Assembly: GCA_965214095.1 (NCBI GenBank)
Contig: OZ243938.1
Location: 1,152,001-1,216,000, forward strand
Origin: Candidatus Poribacteria bacterium
GTDB lineage: Bacteria; Poribacteria; WGA-4E; WGA-3G
Reading direction: 5' to 3'
Length of the DNA stretch: 64,000 bases
Shown: piece by piece, positions 18,976-29,599 of the stretch
Layout: every line of letters begins with the position of its first letter
Position numbering within the stretch: position 1 is the stretch's first letter
Made by a program: the position numbers and the translations under genes
Notes under the pieces: model-generated
What the model was told of the DNA's origin: nothing
The model's database searches: none
What the model saw: only the letters and a program-made list of their open reading frames with translations

Positions 18976-21900
18976 ATGAAGAATAATGACGTCGAATTAA
19001 TCCAAAGTGTTCTGAATGGCGACGAAAACGCTTTCTCCACATTAGTTCAAAAATATCAGAAGCAAGTTCATGCACTCGCTTGGCGGAAAATTGGTGACTT
19101 TCATATTGCTGAAGAGATTACACAGGATACATTTCTGAAGGCATATCAGAAACTCGCAACGCTTAAACAGCCACACCGATTTGCTGGATGGCTATATGTT
19201 ATTGCAACACGCTGCTGTCATGACAAACTCCGAAAGAAGCAAATTGAGACTGAATCACTTGAGGAAATGGATTATGAAGCAATAGAGACAGATGCATACT
19301 CCCGATATGTCGTTGCGCAGAAAACTAAACTAACCGTTGAAGCACAACGCGGCGTGGTCAAAAGACTGCTTGCCAGCTTACCAGAAAGCGAACGTACGGT
19401 AGTAACACTCCACTATTTCGGAGAGATGACCTGTGAAAGAATGAGTGAATTTTTGGGTGTATCGGTAAATACGATCAAGAGTCGTCTACGTAGAGCCAGA
19501 AACCGGTTGAAGAAGGAGGAACCTATGATACGTGAGGCAATTAGCAACTTCCAAATCTCACCGAACTTGACAGAGAACATAATGAAAGAAGTCACCCGGA
19601 TAAAACTGACTCCACCTGTGAGCAGCAAACCAGTTATTCCATGGGTTATTGGCGTTTCAAGTGCAGTACTAATTGTGATAATACTTGGAATAAGCAGCCA
19701 ATACTTATCCCATTTTCAGAAACCTTATAGTTTGGATGCACAGTCTGAGATGGCTGTAGACATCGTTGATTCTCCAATTGTCAAGAATTTTGAAACGAAA
19801 CAGGACATCCGAAACCAACATGGGAAACTTGCTGAAAATCGTGGTAGTGAGGATGGTAATGGAGATGAATCGAATCAAGTCTTAGGTGACCAAGGCAGCT
19901 ATGCAAGATGGAGTTTGCCTGAAAAGGCGAAATTGCGTCTTGGAAAGGGTGTTGTTAGCAACTATGAAGGTGACTTAAGTACAATTGGAAGGGGAAGATC
20001 TTACTATTTTACACCGAATAGTTCACAGTTGTTAGTCATGACTTCTGTTGGTATCTGGTCGTATGATGTCCAGTCAGGGAAAGAACTCATGCTATCAACG
20101 GGACGAGGAAGAGGAATGAACAATGTGGTTTTGAGTTCCGACTTACGTACTTTTGCAATTACACATTACAATAAAATAGAATTATGGGATGTTCAATCTA
20201 ATCAACTCAATGCCACGTTTGAAAGTCCTGGCCGAGATACATTAACCACAGTATTTAGTCCTAATGGAAAAATGCTTGCGAGTTCGGGATTTTCAGGAAT
20301 AATAAGGCTATGGGAGACTGAGAACGGATCACATCGTGATATTTCTACCCCACATGAAATCGTAGATAGGGTGATGTTCAGTCCTGACGGTAACACGTTA
20401 GTCAGCAGTAGAAGAGCAGACGTGCGGTTATGGGACACTGCAACAGGAACATTTAAGTTTGGTTTAGAAGATACAACTGGTGTTGATAACATTATATATA
20501 GTTCAGACGGCAGTATTCTTTTTGGCATCAGGAGGCGTGAAGTTCGTTTTTGGGATCCAGAGACAGGTAAGATAGGTATGAAATTGGAATTTGATAGATT
20601 GTTAAATTACTTTAACACCCCATTTGATCTATCACCTGATGGGAAAACGTTTGCAATTGAGGGGACCAATGATTATACAGTTGATTTATATGATACACTG
20701 ACCGGTCAACTGAAGCGATCACTTACCGGAGATCCAGCATATAGAAAAGGTAAAATAATGTCCAATGGTGTTCCTAAGTGGGTGGATTATGCTACAAAAG
20801 GTGTTGTATCTGTTGCATTCAGTCCTGATGGACAAATACTTGCAGTTGGGAGTGAGGGGGAAATTGTACTTTGGGATCATGGCACTGGCACACGTAAGTT
20901 AACGCTGACAGGAAAAGGAATATTCTACAACCTAATGTTTAGTCCAAATGGTAGTAACATCATTGCTCGGAATAGGACCAATAAAGATGTTGAGGATTTC
21001 TACCTGTGGAACATAGATACTGTAGAGAAAAATGATTGTAAACCGCAATACACGATCAAAGACCATAGCAGTGAGATTTTTTCTATTGCATTTAATACGG
21101 ATGGGAAAACACTCGTTAGTGCTCATAATTATGAAAAGATGAGACTTTGGGACGTAACGAATGGACAATTAAAAGCAACTTCAAGTGGATATCAGTGGCA
21201 AACGCAGATTATTTCCACAGCATTTTCTCCAAATGGAGAGATATTTGTAGGTTTAAGTATCAACTCACCGAAATCTTATAATATACCGTCAATTCTACTT
21301 TGGGATGCCACGACAGGAGAATACCTGTCATCGCTAACTGGTCATGACAGAGCATTGAGTAATTCGCGTCCTTATGGCCATGGTGGAGGAATTGTATTTA
21401 GTAGCGATGGAAAGACTATGGTTAGCGGAAGCACTGATGGAACAGTTCGACTATGGAATATGAAAACAAAAAAAGGAAAGGCAACAGGTAGCCTAATGGC
21501 ATCCCTTGAAGGGCACACAGCTTCAGTACTTTGTGTTGGTTTGAGTCCTGATGGAAATATTATCGCAAGCGGAAGTGAAGACAAAACCACTCGATTATGG
21601 GATTTACGTCATCGTAAACTAATTGCCACACTTGAAGGACATACAAACTCTATTCTGAGAGTTGCATTTGATCCTTATGGATCCGCGCTTGCAACAGGAT
21701 GCCGCGATGGTTCTATTCATCTATGGGATCCTACAACCGGCAAACACAAAGCATCTCTGAAAGGAAATAAACTTTTTACAAGTCCAGCGAGTTTGCCACG
21801 TAAGAAAAATGATCCAGCATATATTAAAGGATATTCGCATGGACCTGTCAATTCAATCGTATTCAGTCCAGACGGAAAAACGCTTATAAGTGGTGATGCG

Positions 21901-22056
21901 ATGAATATTTATTTCTGGGACATGAATACGCACCGAATCAAATCAACCGTTTCAGGACATCAAGGCTTATTCTCACTTGCTCTAAGTCCTGATGGACGCA
22001 CAATTGCAAGTGGAAGTTCTGACGGCACAGTCCTTATCTGGGATGTGAAACCTTAA
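18976..22056 (+). CDS. ECF sigma-70 factor fused via a TM helix to WD40 repeats
   Basis: Region 2 (AEEITQDTFLKAY, FAGWLYVIA), region 4 (LGVSVNTIKSRLRRAR), TM segment at about aa 220-240, many FSPDG..LASGS.DGTV.LW repeats. Confidence 0.92.
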   Translation: MKNNDVELIQSVLNGDENAFSTLVQKYQKQVHALAWRKIGDFHIAEEITQDTFLKAYQKLATLKQPHRFAGWLYVIATRCCHDKLRKKQIETESLEEMDYEAIETDAYSRYVVAQKTKLTVEAQRGVVKRLLASLPESERTVVTLHYFGEMTCERMSEFLGVSVNTIKSRLRRARNRLKKEEPMIREAISNFQISPNLTENIMKEVTRIKLTPPVSSKPVIPWVIGVSSAVLIVIILGISSQYLSHFQKPYSLDAQSEMAVDIVDSPIVKNFETKQDIRNQHGKLAENRGSEDGNGDESNQVLGDQGSYARWSLPEKAKLRLGKGVVSNYEGDLSTIGRGRSYYFTPNSSQLLVMTSVGIWSYDVQSGKELMLSTGRGRGMNNVVLSSDLRTFAITHYNKIELWDVQSNQLNATFESPGRDTLTTVFSPNGKMLASSGFSGIIRLWETENGSHRDISTPHEIVDRVMFSPDGNTLVSSRRADVRLWDTATGTFKFGLEDTTGVDNIIYSSDGSILFGIRRREVRFWDPETGKIGMKLEFDRLLNYFNTPFDLSPDGKTFAIEGTNDYTVDLYDTLTGQLKRSLTGDPAYRKGKIMSNGVPKWVDYATKGVVSVAFSPDGQILAVGSEGEIVLWDHGTGTRKLTLTGKGIFYNLMFSPNGSNIIARNRTNKDVEDFYLWNIDTVEKNDCKPQYTIKDHSSEIFSIAFNTDGKTLVSAHNYEKMRLWDVTNGQLKATSSGYQWQTQIISTAFSPNGEIFVGLSINSPKSYNIPSILLWDATTGEYLSSLTGHDRALSNSRPYGHGGGIVFSSDGKTMVSGSTDGTVRLWNMKTKKGKATGSLMASLEGHTASVLCVGLSPDGNIIASGSEDKTTRLWDLRHRKLIATLEGHTNSILRVAFDPYGSALATGCRDGSIHLWDPTTGKHKASLKGNKLFTSPASLPRKKNDPAYIKGYSHGPVNSIVFSPDGKTLISGDAMNIYFWDMNTHRIKSTVSGHQGLFSLALSPDGRTIASGSSDGTVLIWDVKP

Positions 22057-22154
22057 AGAAACTAAAAGGTCTATTTATTGGCTGGACTTAGAGTTCACTA
22101 ATACAATTTCTATATAATGAAATAGTAGAATCACACTGAATAAGGAAATCTCTT

Positions 22155-22353
22155 ATGAATTTCAGAATGTGCTTAATATATTCAACATTCTTATTTCACA
22201 TTGCATGCCTCTTTAACTGTAATTCGCCACCAGATAAGTTAGAGGAAATGGTCTTACAAGTCATACCATCTATATGGAAGCTATAGGTCATATATTCCAT
22301 CTGCAAACAAAGAAGATATAGGGTTCCGTTGTGTCAGACCTGTAAAACCGTGA
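22155..22353 (+). pseudogene. Internally deleted remnant of an FGE/SUMF1-family lipoprotein gene
   Basis: RBS plus MNFRMCLIYSTFLFHIACLFNC..EEMVL, then in another frame the typical terminal DIGFRCVRPVKP*. Confidence 0.5.
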
Positions 22354-23868
22354 TTATTGAATATAAACAGCGATAATTGCTTCTGCCAGACTTTCTATAG
22401 CCGCTTCTTTTGCCACTAAATCAACTTGTAAACCGTGTTCCTCAGCAGTTGCTTTAGTTGATGGACCGATAACAGCAACCCTAACCTTGCTAAGCAAATC
22501 TTTTGCTGTGTGGTGGGGAAACATCTCAACGAAGTTGGTAACAGTTGAGGAACTAGTAAAAGTGACCACATCAATTCTGCCATCTAAAAGGTCTTTTTCA
22601 AGAACATCGTTGTCATCACTGTGCACTTTGACAGTATCATATATCGGAAGATCGTCAACCACAGCACCTTTGTGATGTAGCGCATCAGGTAAGTTTGCAT
22701 TTGCGATTTTTGCTCTCGGTAGCAAAACTTTCTGACCATTCACATCATCAATCTCTGTTGCAATAACACTTGCTTGAGATTGAGAGGGAATGAAATCAGG
22801 ATTTATTCCTATGGTATTTAATGCTGCAATGGTCTTTGGTCCAACAGCACAGATTTTGCAACCACCGAATGCTCGCGTATCCAAGCCTTTATCCCGTATG
22901 TGTTGATAGTATATCTCAACAGCATTGACACTCGTAAATATCACCCAGTCATATTCTTTAGGAGAAGGTATGTCTGAACAATGTCCTTCAAGTGGGTGAA
23001 TTTCAATGGTAGGGAATTGAATGACTTCTGCCCCGTTCTCCTCAAGCATATCAGCAAATTCACTTGCTTGTGCCCGCGCACGGGTTACAAGGATTCGCTT
23101 GCTAAATAGTGGCTTGTTATCAAACCATCGGAGTTGTTCTCGTAAACTGTTAACCTCACCGACAACGATTAAGGCTGGACTTTTCAGTTTTGCAGATTCA
23201 GCTTTTTCCACAATATCTGCAAGTGTGCCTTGAACAACAAATTGTTGTGGTGTCGTTCCAACGCGAACCAAACTCACAGGTGTCCCTGCATCTCGTCCAT
23301 ACTTCATAAGACGATCAACAATCTGACTGAGATGTGCTACACCCATATAGACTACGAGGGTGTCAACGGCTTTTGCGAGATATTTCCAATTGATGTTGGA
23401 ATCGGGATGAAGTGCTGCGGAGTGTCCTGTAACAAATGCTACTGAAGAAGCATAATCACGATGCGTAACAGGTATACCAGCATAAGCAGATGCGGCAACG
23501 GCAGAAGTTACACCCGGAACAACTTCAAACGGAATACCCGCTTCTACGAGTGCCATCGCTTCTTCTCCTCCGCGTCCGAAAATATACGGGTCTCCCCCTT
23601 TCAGACGAACAACCACCTTGCCTGCTTTGGCATGTTGGATAAGGAGTCTGTTGAGTTCTGCTTGACGTGTAGCACGGATTCTTGGGTCAGGAGCTTTGAT
23701 CTTTTCGGTGAGCGGTGGACAATGTTCAAGCAATACATCGTTCAATAACAAATCGTAGATAACTACATCTGCTTTCTGCAGACATTCTAACCCTTTTACA
23801 GTAATTAGTTTCTTATCACCTGGACCAGCACCTACAATATAAACGATACCTGTTTCAGTTGTATTCAT
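22354..23868 (-). CDS. cobA: Uroporphyrinogen-III C-methyltransferase / uroporphyrinogen-III synthase fusion
   Basis: [29 protein letters not shown]; C-terminal HemD domain (ILVTRAR, FTSVNAV, FTSSSTV). Confidence 0.95.
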   Translation of the reverse strand: MNTTETGIVYIVGAGPGDKKLITVKGLECLQKADVVIYDLLLNDVLLEHCPPLTEKIKAPDPRIRATRQAELNRLLIQHAKAGKVVVRLKGGDPYIFGRGGEEAMALVEAGIPFEVVPGVTSAVAASAYAGIPVTHRDYASSVAFVTGHSAALHPDSNINWKYLAKAVDTLVVYMGVAHLSQIVDRLMKYGRDAGTPVSLVRVGTTPQQFVVQGTLADIVEKAESAKLKSPALIVVGEVNSLREQLRWFDNKPLFSKRILVTRARAQASEFADMLEENGAEVIQFPTIEIHPLEGHCSDIPSPKEYDWVIFTSVNAVEIYYQHIRDKGLDTRAFGGCKICAVGPKTIAALNTIGINPDFIPSQSQASVIATEIDDVNGQKVLLPRAKIANANLPDALHHKGAVVDDLPIYDTVKVHSDDNDVLEKDLLDGRIDVVTFTSSSTVTNFVEMFPHHTAKDLLSKVRVAVIGPSTKATAEEHGLQVDLVAKEAAIESLAEAIIAVYIQ

Positions 23869-23889
23869 GTGTGTTTTCTTCTGATATTA

Positions 23890-24801
23890 TTAGGAATTCA
23901 GGAGTTCTCTTGCGCCCCTATTTAGCAATTTTTCTGCAACAACACCACCTAATTGTTGTGGACTATCAATTTCCCCAGATTCCATTTCAACAATCCGGTT
24001 TTTACCTTCAGGATGGCATACTGTAGCAATGATTGAAAGTTCACCATCTTTGTTTTTTGCATAAACACCGATAGGAAGTTGACATCCTCCACCAAGATGC
24101 TCCAACACAGTTCTCTCAGCAGTGATTTCAGCAGTAGTCGTAGGATCATTCAGAGGTGCAAGCAGTTCTTTAGTGTCAACATCGTTCTCTCGTGTTTCAA
24201 TAGCGAGTGCCCCCTGTCCAACAGCAGGTATCATCTGATCAACATCAAAATATTGTGTGATAACATCGTGCTTATTGAGACGTTTTAACCCAGCTGCAGC
24301 AAGTATAATCCCATCAAGTTCTGTCTCATGCAGTTTCCGTAAACGTGTATCAACATTCCCACGAACATCAATGATGTTCAATTCTGGACATAGATACAGG
24401 AGTTGTGCTTTGCGCCTTGGACTTGTAGTGCCGATTATTGCTCCGTTGTGTAATTTCTGTAATGAAACACCTGTAGAGGTTATAAGCACATCGCGCGGAT
24501 CCTCGCGTGAAGGGATAGCTGCAATATGTAATCCATTTGGTAATTCTATGGGTAGGTCTTTAAGGCTATGAACAGCAAGGTCTATTTCATCATTTAACAA
24601 CGCTATTTCAATCTCTTTGGTAAAAACACCTTTTCCAAGTCCAACTAAAGAACGATTCTGGATAGTGTCTCCGGTGGTTTTGATGATCTTAAGTTTGATT
24701 TCAACATTAGGGAAATGTTGTGATAATTCCTGCTTAACATATTCTGCTTGCCAGAGGGCGAGTTGACTACCACGCGTGCCTATAGTAACAGAATTAGTCA
24801 T
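23890..24801 (-). CDS. hemC: Hydroxymethylbilane synthase
   Basis: GTRGSQLALWQ, AVHSLKDLP, RGNVDTRL, LGGGCQLP. Confidence 0.97.
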   Translation of the reverse strand: MTNSVTIGTRGSQLALWQAEYVKQELSQHFPNVEIKLKIIKTTGDTIQNRSLVGLGKGVFTKEIEIALLNDEIDLAVHSLKDLPIELPNGLHIAAIPSREDPRDVLITSTGVSLQKLHNGAIIGTTSPRRKAQLLYLCPELNIIDVRGNVDTRLRKLHETELDGIILAAAGLKRLNKHDVITQYFDVDQMIPAVGQGALAIETRENDVDTKELLAPLNDPTTTAEITAERTVLEHLGGGCQLPIGVYAKNKDGELSIIATVCHPEGKNRIVEMESGEIDSPQQLGGVVAEKLLNRGARELLNS

Positions 24802-26099
24802 TTCTGTTCCTTTTCATTATCTGCATCCAATGCAAACAAGTCTTGAAGTGCTTGAACATATTCTCCATGATCTGACAATCCATCATGAACAGCATTGCGT
24901 AGATTTTCGACTGGGAGGTGCAGCAGTTTTTTGATAATCGCTTGTGTCATCGCTGCAGCGTCGGCTTCCTGAGTATTGGATAATCCTGTTTTGTCAAGGA
25001 ATGACTGCAGTTCCGTATCAGCAACCGCTTGAAATTGCTGATGTAAAGCTTTGATCGTTGGATTGACTTCAAGTATTTTTAAGTGATCATGGAACCGTTT
25101 CGCTTCTTGGGTAACTATCAGTTCTGCACGCGTTGCTTCTTGTTGTCTATCCTTGAGATTTGACGCAACTACAGCCTCTAAATCATCAATGTTATACAAG
25201 AATGCCTGGTTGATTTTACTAACATCCGGTTCAATATCACGCGGAACAGCAATGTCAATGAGAAACATATATCGGTGTTTCCGTTTTCTCATGATGTCAG
25301 CGAGTGGTTTACGTTCAATAAGATAATGTGGTGCATCTGTAGAACTAATTACTATGTCCGCATTAATAAGAAAATTGAGATCGTCTTCATAAGCAACAGG
25401 GGTACCTTTGAACTTTTCAGCAATATTCACTGCTTTTTGAAATGTGCGGTTTGCGACTATAACCTTATTTACACCGTTAGCAACGAGATGTTTTGCAGTC
25501 AATTCGCTCATTTCACCTGCGCCTAAAATTGCGACTGTTTTGTCTTCTAAAGTGGTAAATATCTTCTTGGCAAGTTCTACAGCGGCATAACTGATTGAAA
25601 CAGCACCTGTGGCGATAGTCGTCTCTGAACGGATTTTTTTGCCAACGCTGAACGCTTTCGTAAACAGTTTATTCAGTATAGTTCCTGACCCACCAGCCGA
25701 ACGAGAAATGTCATACGCCTCTTTAACTTGTCCCAAAATCTGTGATTCACCAACGACCATCGAATCGAGACTTGATGTTACACGGAATAGATGCTGGATA
25801 GAATCCATGTTGTTATGGAGATAACTCCATTTCTTGAGTGTATCAAGTCCTATGCGGTGATAACGGGATAGAAAGTCGAGAAGTATTTTGGATGGTGCTT
25901 GGTTTATCCGGTGCGTATTTGCAACAGCGTAGACCTCAACTCTGTTACAGGTTGAGAGAATCACAGATTCTTGTAGTGAATAAGAATCGCGAAGTTGATT
26001 GAGAGAGTCGATGAGTTGTTCATCGGAAAAAGCCAATTTTTCTCTGAATTCAATTGGAGCAACATGATGACTTGTTCCGATAGAGACAATCTGGTTCAT
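24798..26099 (-). CDS. hemA: Glutamyl-tRNA reductase
   Basis: STCNRVE, SLDSMVVGESQILGQVK, GAGEM, DIAVPRD. Confidence 0.97.
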   Translation of the reverse strand: MNQIVSIGTSHHVAPIEFREKLAFSDEQLIDSLNQLRDSYSLQESVILSTCNRVEVYAVANTHRINQAPSKILLDFLSRYHRIGLDTLKKWSYLHNNMDSIQHLFRVTSSLDSMVVGESQILGQVKEAYDISRSAGGSGTILNKLFTKAFSVGKKIRSETTIATGAVSISYAAVELAKKIFTTLEDKTVAILGAGEMSELTAKHLVANGVNKVIVANRTFQKAVNIAEKFKGTPVAYEDDLNFLINADIVISSTDAPHYLIERKPLADIMRKRKHRYMFLIDIAVPRDIEPDVSKINQAFLYNIDDLEAVVASNLKDRQQEATRAELIVTQEAKRFHDHLKILEVNPTIKALHQQFQAVADTELQSFLDKTGLSNTQEADAAAMTQAIIKKLLHLPVENLRNAVHDGLSDHGEYVQALQDLFALDADNEKEQK

Positions 26100-26148
26100 A
26101 GTTCTTACTCAACGTTGATTCTTAATTTCCTAAACCATAAGTTTAAAA

Positions 26149-26177
26149 ATTATATCACAATAAAGTTTAAAAGTCAA
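26149..26177 (-). promoter_or_regulatory. Putative sigma70 promoter for hemA-hemC-cobA
   Basis: TTGACT-17 bp-TATAAT with TG extension. Confidence 0.55.
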
Positions 26178-26240
26178 ATTTAGCAAATATGGTCATGTCC
26201 CATTAATATCAACCATTGGAGTATTATATTACACACCCTA

Positions 26241-26423
26241 TCATATTGGAAAACAATTCATAATATCGGTTTCAGAAAGTTGTTGGGAAGGAATTGCTTG
26301 AACCACTGGAACGATATAACTCATTATAGTGCATCCATCAATTTCCTCTGTGTCAATAAGCGGATTTAGGTGTTGTCTGTGATCAAATACAATATAATAT
26401 CCTTGAGTTTCTCCTTCCTCATA
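26241..26423 (-). pseudogene. 3' remnant of a probable AAA-ATPase/nuclease-like gene
   Basis: Start-less frame EGETQGYYIVFDHRQHLNPLIDTEEIDGCTIMSYIVPVVQAIPS, resembling C-termini of AAA-like proteins (recognised from memory). Confidence 0.45.
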
Positions 26424-26447
26424 CGGTTATTTATTGAGAGGCATCAA

Positions 26448-27290
26448 TCATCGGTATGTGTGCACACTGTCTAAAAATAGATTTACACCGATATAAGTAC
26501 ATAGTACTGCGATAAATCCAATGATTTCAGAATACGCTGCTTTCCTACCACGCCATCCCCATAACTGACGTATACTAATTTGAACAACATAAATAAACCA
26601 AGTTACTATTGTAAAAAGAACTTTTGCATCAAGCCATCTCCACTTCACTTCGTCATTGATATACTGCGTCCATAGTGCACCAATTAACACACCTACTGTG
26701 AGCAAAATCACACCGAGGATAGCAAATCTGTGTCCAAACTCATCAGAAGCACCGAGTGAAGGTAGAATGTTATATAAAGGGGTGTGGTTCTTCTGTCTAA
26801 TCTTTTTCTCTGTCAGTAGGAACATTAGGCCAAAACCAAAGGCAGTGATGAATGCTGCATAAGAAAAAAGAATTAATGTTACGTGAGGGACTAACCAATA
26901 GGTTTCTAAGTTTTCTGGTAATTCTGATGTCCCTCTCGAGAAACTATACGAAATCAGGATTGTAATGAACGCTAAAGGCATTATGAAACTACCTATTGCG
27001 CGCAGATGTGGTATTCTACCAACAATCAAATAGATAAGCGTTATTGCCCACGCAAAAAAAGCAGTTGAGTCTGTCCACCGTGTCATAGGGAAATGTCCCT
27101 GCTGTGTCCACCATACAACTATAAATAGTGTCAGTAGACCAAATCCAAGACACGTAATCGCATAAGCAATGTGGGCAATTGTAGGTCTTAGTGCGGGAGT
27201 TTCAGTCTGTTTCCCTAAAACAAGATATCCAGCTTGGAATATGCTTGCTGCTAAATATACTAAAACTGTTACAAGAAATAGAAAATGCAT
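26448..27290 (-). CDS. ccsA: Cytochrome c biogenesis protein CcsA / HemX-like
   Basis: Multi-TM; WLVPHV, GALW..WRWLDAK, GWRGRK, terminal His; likely start ATG 27290. Confidence 0.85.
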   Translation of the reverse strand: MHFLFLVTVLVYLAASIFQAGYLVLGKQTETPALRPTIAHIAYAITCLGFGLLTLFIVVWWTQQGHFPMTRWTDSTAFFAWAITLIYLIVGRIPHLRAIGSFIMPLAFITILISYSFSRGTSELPENLETYWLVPHVTLILFSYAAFITAFGFGLMFLLTEKKIRQKNHTPLYNILPSLGASDEFGHRFAILGVILLTVGVLIGALWTQYINDEVKWRWLDAKVLFTIVTWFIYVVQISIRQLWGWRGRKAAYSEIIGFIAVLCTYIGVNLFLDSVHTYR

Positions 27291-27308
27291 AGTTTTCTGG
27301 TTTGACTT

Positions 27309-27399
27309 ATACCAAATTAACCTAAATCGTAGGGGCAAGGTTCCCTGCCCACCCGTGTTCTCAGTATCAAAAACAGGACAGATCTCGTTAATTTGGTAT
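27309..27399. repeat. Small TIR shell with GTAG REP
   Basis: Perfect 13-bp IR ATACCAAATTAAC/GTTAATTTGGTAT enclosing GTAGGGGCAAGGTTCCCTGCCC. Confidence 0.6.
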
Positions 27400-27407
27400 T
27401 ATAGGTT

Positions 27408-28559
27408 TCAACTTTGAGTCGTTAATTGTTTTGAAATAAAGTTTTGTGCTTGATCAGTTTTACCGTGTCGCACCCAGTTAAACAAACATTCAGAATTACA
27501 CTCAAGGTTATCAAGACCGAGACAGCATTCTTCATGTTGTGAAGTGTTTTCAACATGTCCAATGAGTGCCTCTAAGAAATCTTTTCGCTTATCCGGTGTG
27601 GAAAGTGCATCAAGAACTTCTGGACGATATCTGCCAAGAATATCAATAAAATCACCGTATCCGTTGTTTTCAAACTGGTTTTTTAGTCTGTCATAAATGC
27701 TATCTGTTAATGCATGATCTAATCCATTTTTAGCAGAGATACTGATTATCAGATTGTCATCAATTACCAGTTTCGGAGTGATAAATGTTCCTGCGTTTGG
27801 ACTATCAAGCGACTCATAGATGAAATTCGCTTCTCTATCACCCGATAAACCCAAATAAGACCTTTTCTCGGCAATTACCAGAAATGCATCTTCAATATCT
27901 TGGTATTTTACCAATTTAGGGTCAAAACAGGCAACATCTGCACCACATTTGCGAAGTAAAAAGATACGGCTTTCTATTTCTGATGTTTTATCCTCACACA
28001 ACACAACACATTTTCTTTTGTCCAACAAGAGATAAACAGGATAAGGTAACAACTGGTTTTCTATAGGTATTGGTTCATTGTTTTCATATCCAAGTGTATA
28101 TAATGAGGATGTGTTCAGCATCGTCTCAAGATGTTCGCGGATACGTCGACTTGTAGCAGGACTTTTTCCACTTGTAGATATGCTTATGACTAACTCACCA
28201 TCCGTTACAACAGATGCGGCAGCAAAAGTGCATTGTGGAATTACATCCACTACGTTGACTAATCGTGTCTTGTATTTATCATGTGCTTCTGTGAAGGCTG
28301 TGGTGTTTATAGAGGTATCATCCGTTGCAGCACAAACAAGGAAATAATCTTTCGTATCACCTTCAATTAAGTGTCGTTTGTGCCATACAATTTGTCCGAT
28401 GTCAGATAGAAATGCAACTAACGCCGTTGTGTCAGGACTAATTACTGTTACATGTGCACCACTAATTAGCATGGAAACAACTTTGCGTTCAGCAACTGTA
28501 CCACCACCTACAACTAAACAATTTTGATTCTGAAGATTTAAGTGTGCAGGGTAGAACAT
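27408..28559 (-). CDS. Precorrin-2 dehydrogenase/sirohydrochlorin ferrochelatase (SirC/Met8-like), internally duplicated
   Basis: YPAHLNL..CLVVGGGTVAERK, VNVVD..CTF, ISISTSGKSP; degenerate second copy starting YPVYLLL. Confidence 0.85.
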   Translation of the reverse strand: MFYPAHLNLQNQNCLVVGGGTVAERKVVSMLISGAHVTVISPDTTALVAFLSDIGQIVWHKRHLIEGDTKDYFLVCAATDDTSINTTAFTEAHDKYKTRLVNVVDVIPQCTFAAASVVTDGELVISISTSGKSPATSRRIREHLETMLNTSSLYTLGYENNEPIPIENQLLPYPVYLLLDKRKCVVLCEDKTSEIESRIFLLRKCGADVACFDPKLVKYQDIEDAFLVIAEKRSYLGLSGDREANFIYESLDSPNAGTFITPKLVIDDNLIISISAKNGLDHALTDSIYDRLKNQFENNGYGDFIDILGRYRPEVLDALSTPDKRKDFLEALIGHVENTSQHEECCLGLDNLECNSECLFNWVRHGKTDQAQNFISKQLTTQS

Positions 28560-28609
28560 TAGGATACAGAATTGTAAAGTGCAATCAGTATAACAGAATA
28601 TAGGAAATG

Positions 28610-29590
28610 CTAAGCATCCCGTGACACCACATAATTCGCAAGGTTTTCAAGTGCCTTACGAGCGTCAGAGCGTGGAATGTCTGTCAGTGCCGTATTAGCA
28701 CGGTCAGCATATCCTTGTGCTATCTTCAGACAGTGAGATTCAACATCATACTTTTCAAATAAAGATTCAACATAGTTGATTGCTTGGGATTCATCACTGT
28801 CAGCGTTAAGAACTTTTTCAAGCATCTGCTTTTCACCATCATCACAGACTTTTCTTGTATATATAATAGGAAAGGTTAACTTTCCTTCACGGAGATCACC
28901 GTAAGCATTTTTTCCTAATTTCTCAGGTGCCTCTACGAAATCAAGGAGGTCATCTACGATTTGGAAGGCTGTTCCAATCTGTTGACCATACTTTGTAATT
29001 GCGTCAATCTGTTGCTTATTCTTTGTTCCAAGATGTGCACCCAGTGTACAAGAAGCAGCGATCAACTTCCCAGTTTTGAAACTAATGATTTTTAGATATT
29101 CTTCCTCAGATATGTCAAAATCACCACTCTTGTATGCATGAATTACTTCACCTTCACACATTGCTTGTGTTGTATCTGCGAGGATTTCCATTGCAGGATC
29201 ATCCGATTTTCGCGAGACAAGCATTGAAAGGACACGTGCATGCAGATAATCCCCTACAAGAACTGCTACTTTATTTCCCCACTTTGTCTGTAGTGTTTCG
29301 CGTCCACGACGGATTGCTGCTTCATCAAGAACATCGTCATGCACAAGTGAGGCAACATGAATAAGTTCAACAACAGCAGCAAGTGTATGCGCATCGCTTC
29401 CAACATACCCACATGCTCGTGCAGAAAGTAAAACGAGTATCGGACGTAGCCGTTTTCCGCCACCCTCAACTACATGTTGAACCGCCATATCAACAAAACT
29501 GTATTCACTCGCCGTGTTCTCAGTCAAAATAGACTCAACAGCACTCAGATCATCGGAAATCAGATTAACGACTTGATCAAAACTTGACAT
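28610..29590 (-). CDS. Polyprenyl diphosphate synthase (IspB-like)
   Basis: GGKRLRP, LVHDDVLD..RRG, FQIVDDLLD. Confidence 0.93.
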   Translation of the reverse strand: MSSFDQVVNLISDDLSAVESILTENTASEYSFVDMAVQHVVEGGGKRLRPILVLLSARACGYVGSDAHTLAAVVELIHVASLVHDDVLDEAAIRRGRETLQTKWGNKVAVLVGDYLHARVLSMLVSRKSDDPAMEILADTTQAMCEGEVIHAYKSGDFDISEEEYLKIISFKTGKLIAASCTLGAHLGTKNKQQIDAITKYGQQIGTAFQIVDDLLDFVEAPEKLGKNAYGDLREGKLTFPIIYTRKVCDDGEKQMLEKVLNADSDESQAINYVESLFEKYDVESHCLKIAQGYADRANTALTDIPRSDARKALENLANYVVSRDA

Positions 29591-29599
29591 TCAATTCCT

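Noticed and set aside
22290-22353. GFRC-ending fragment as a DGR template or variable region
   Set aside because: No reverse transcriptase and no adenine-mismatched partner repeat in the window
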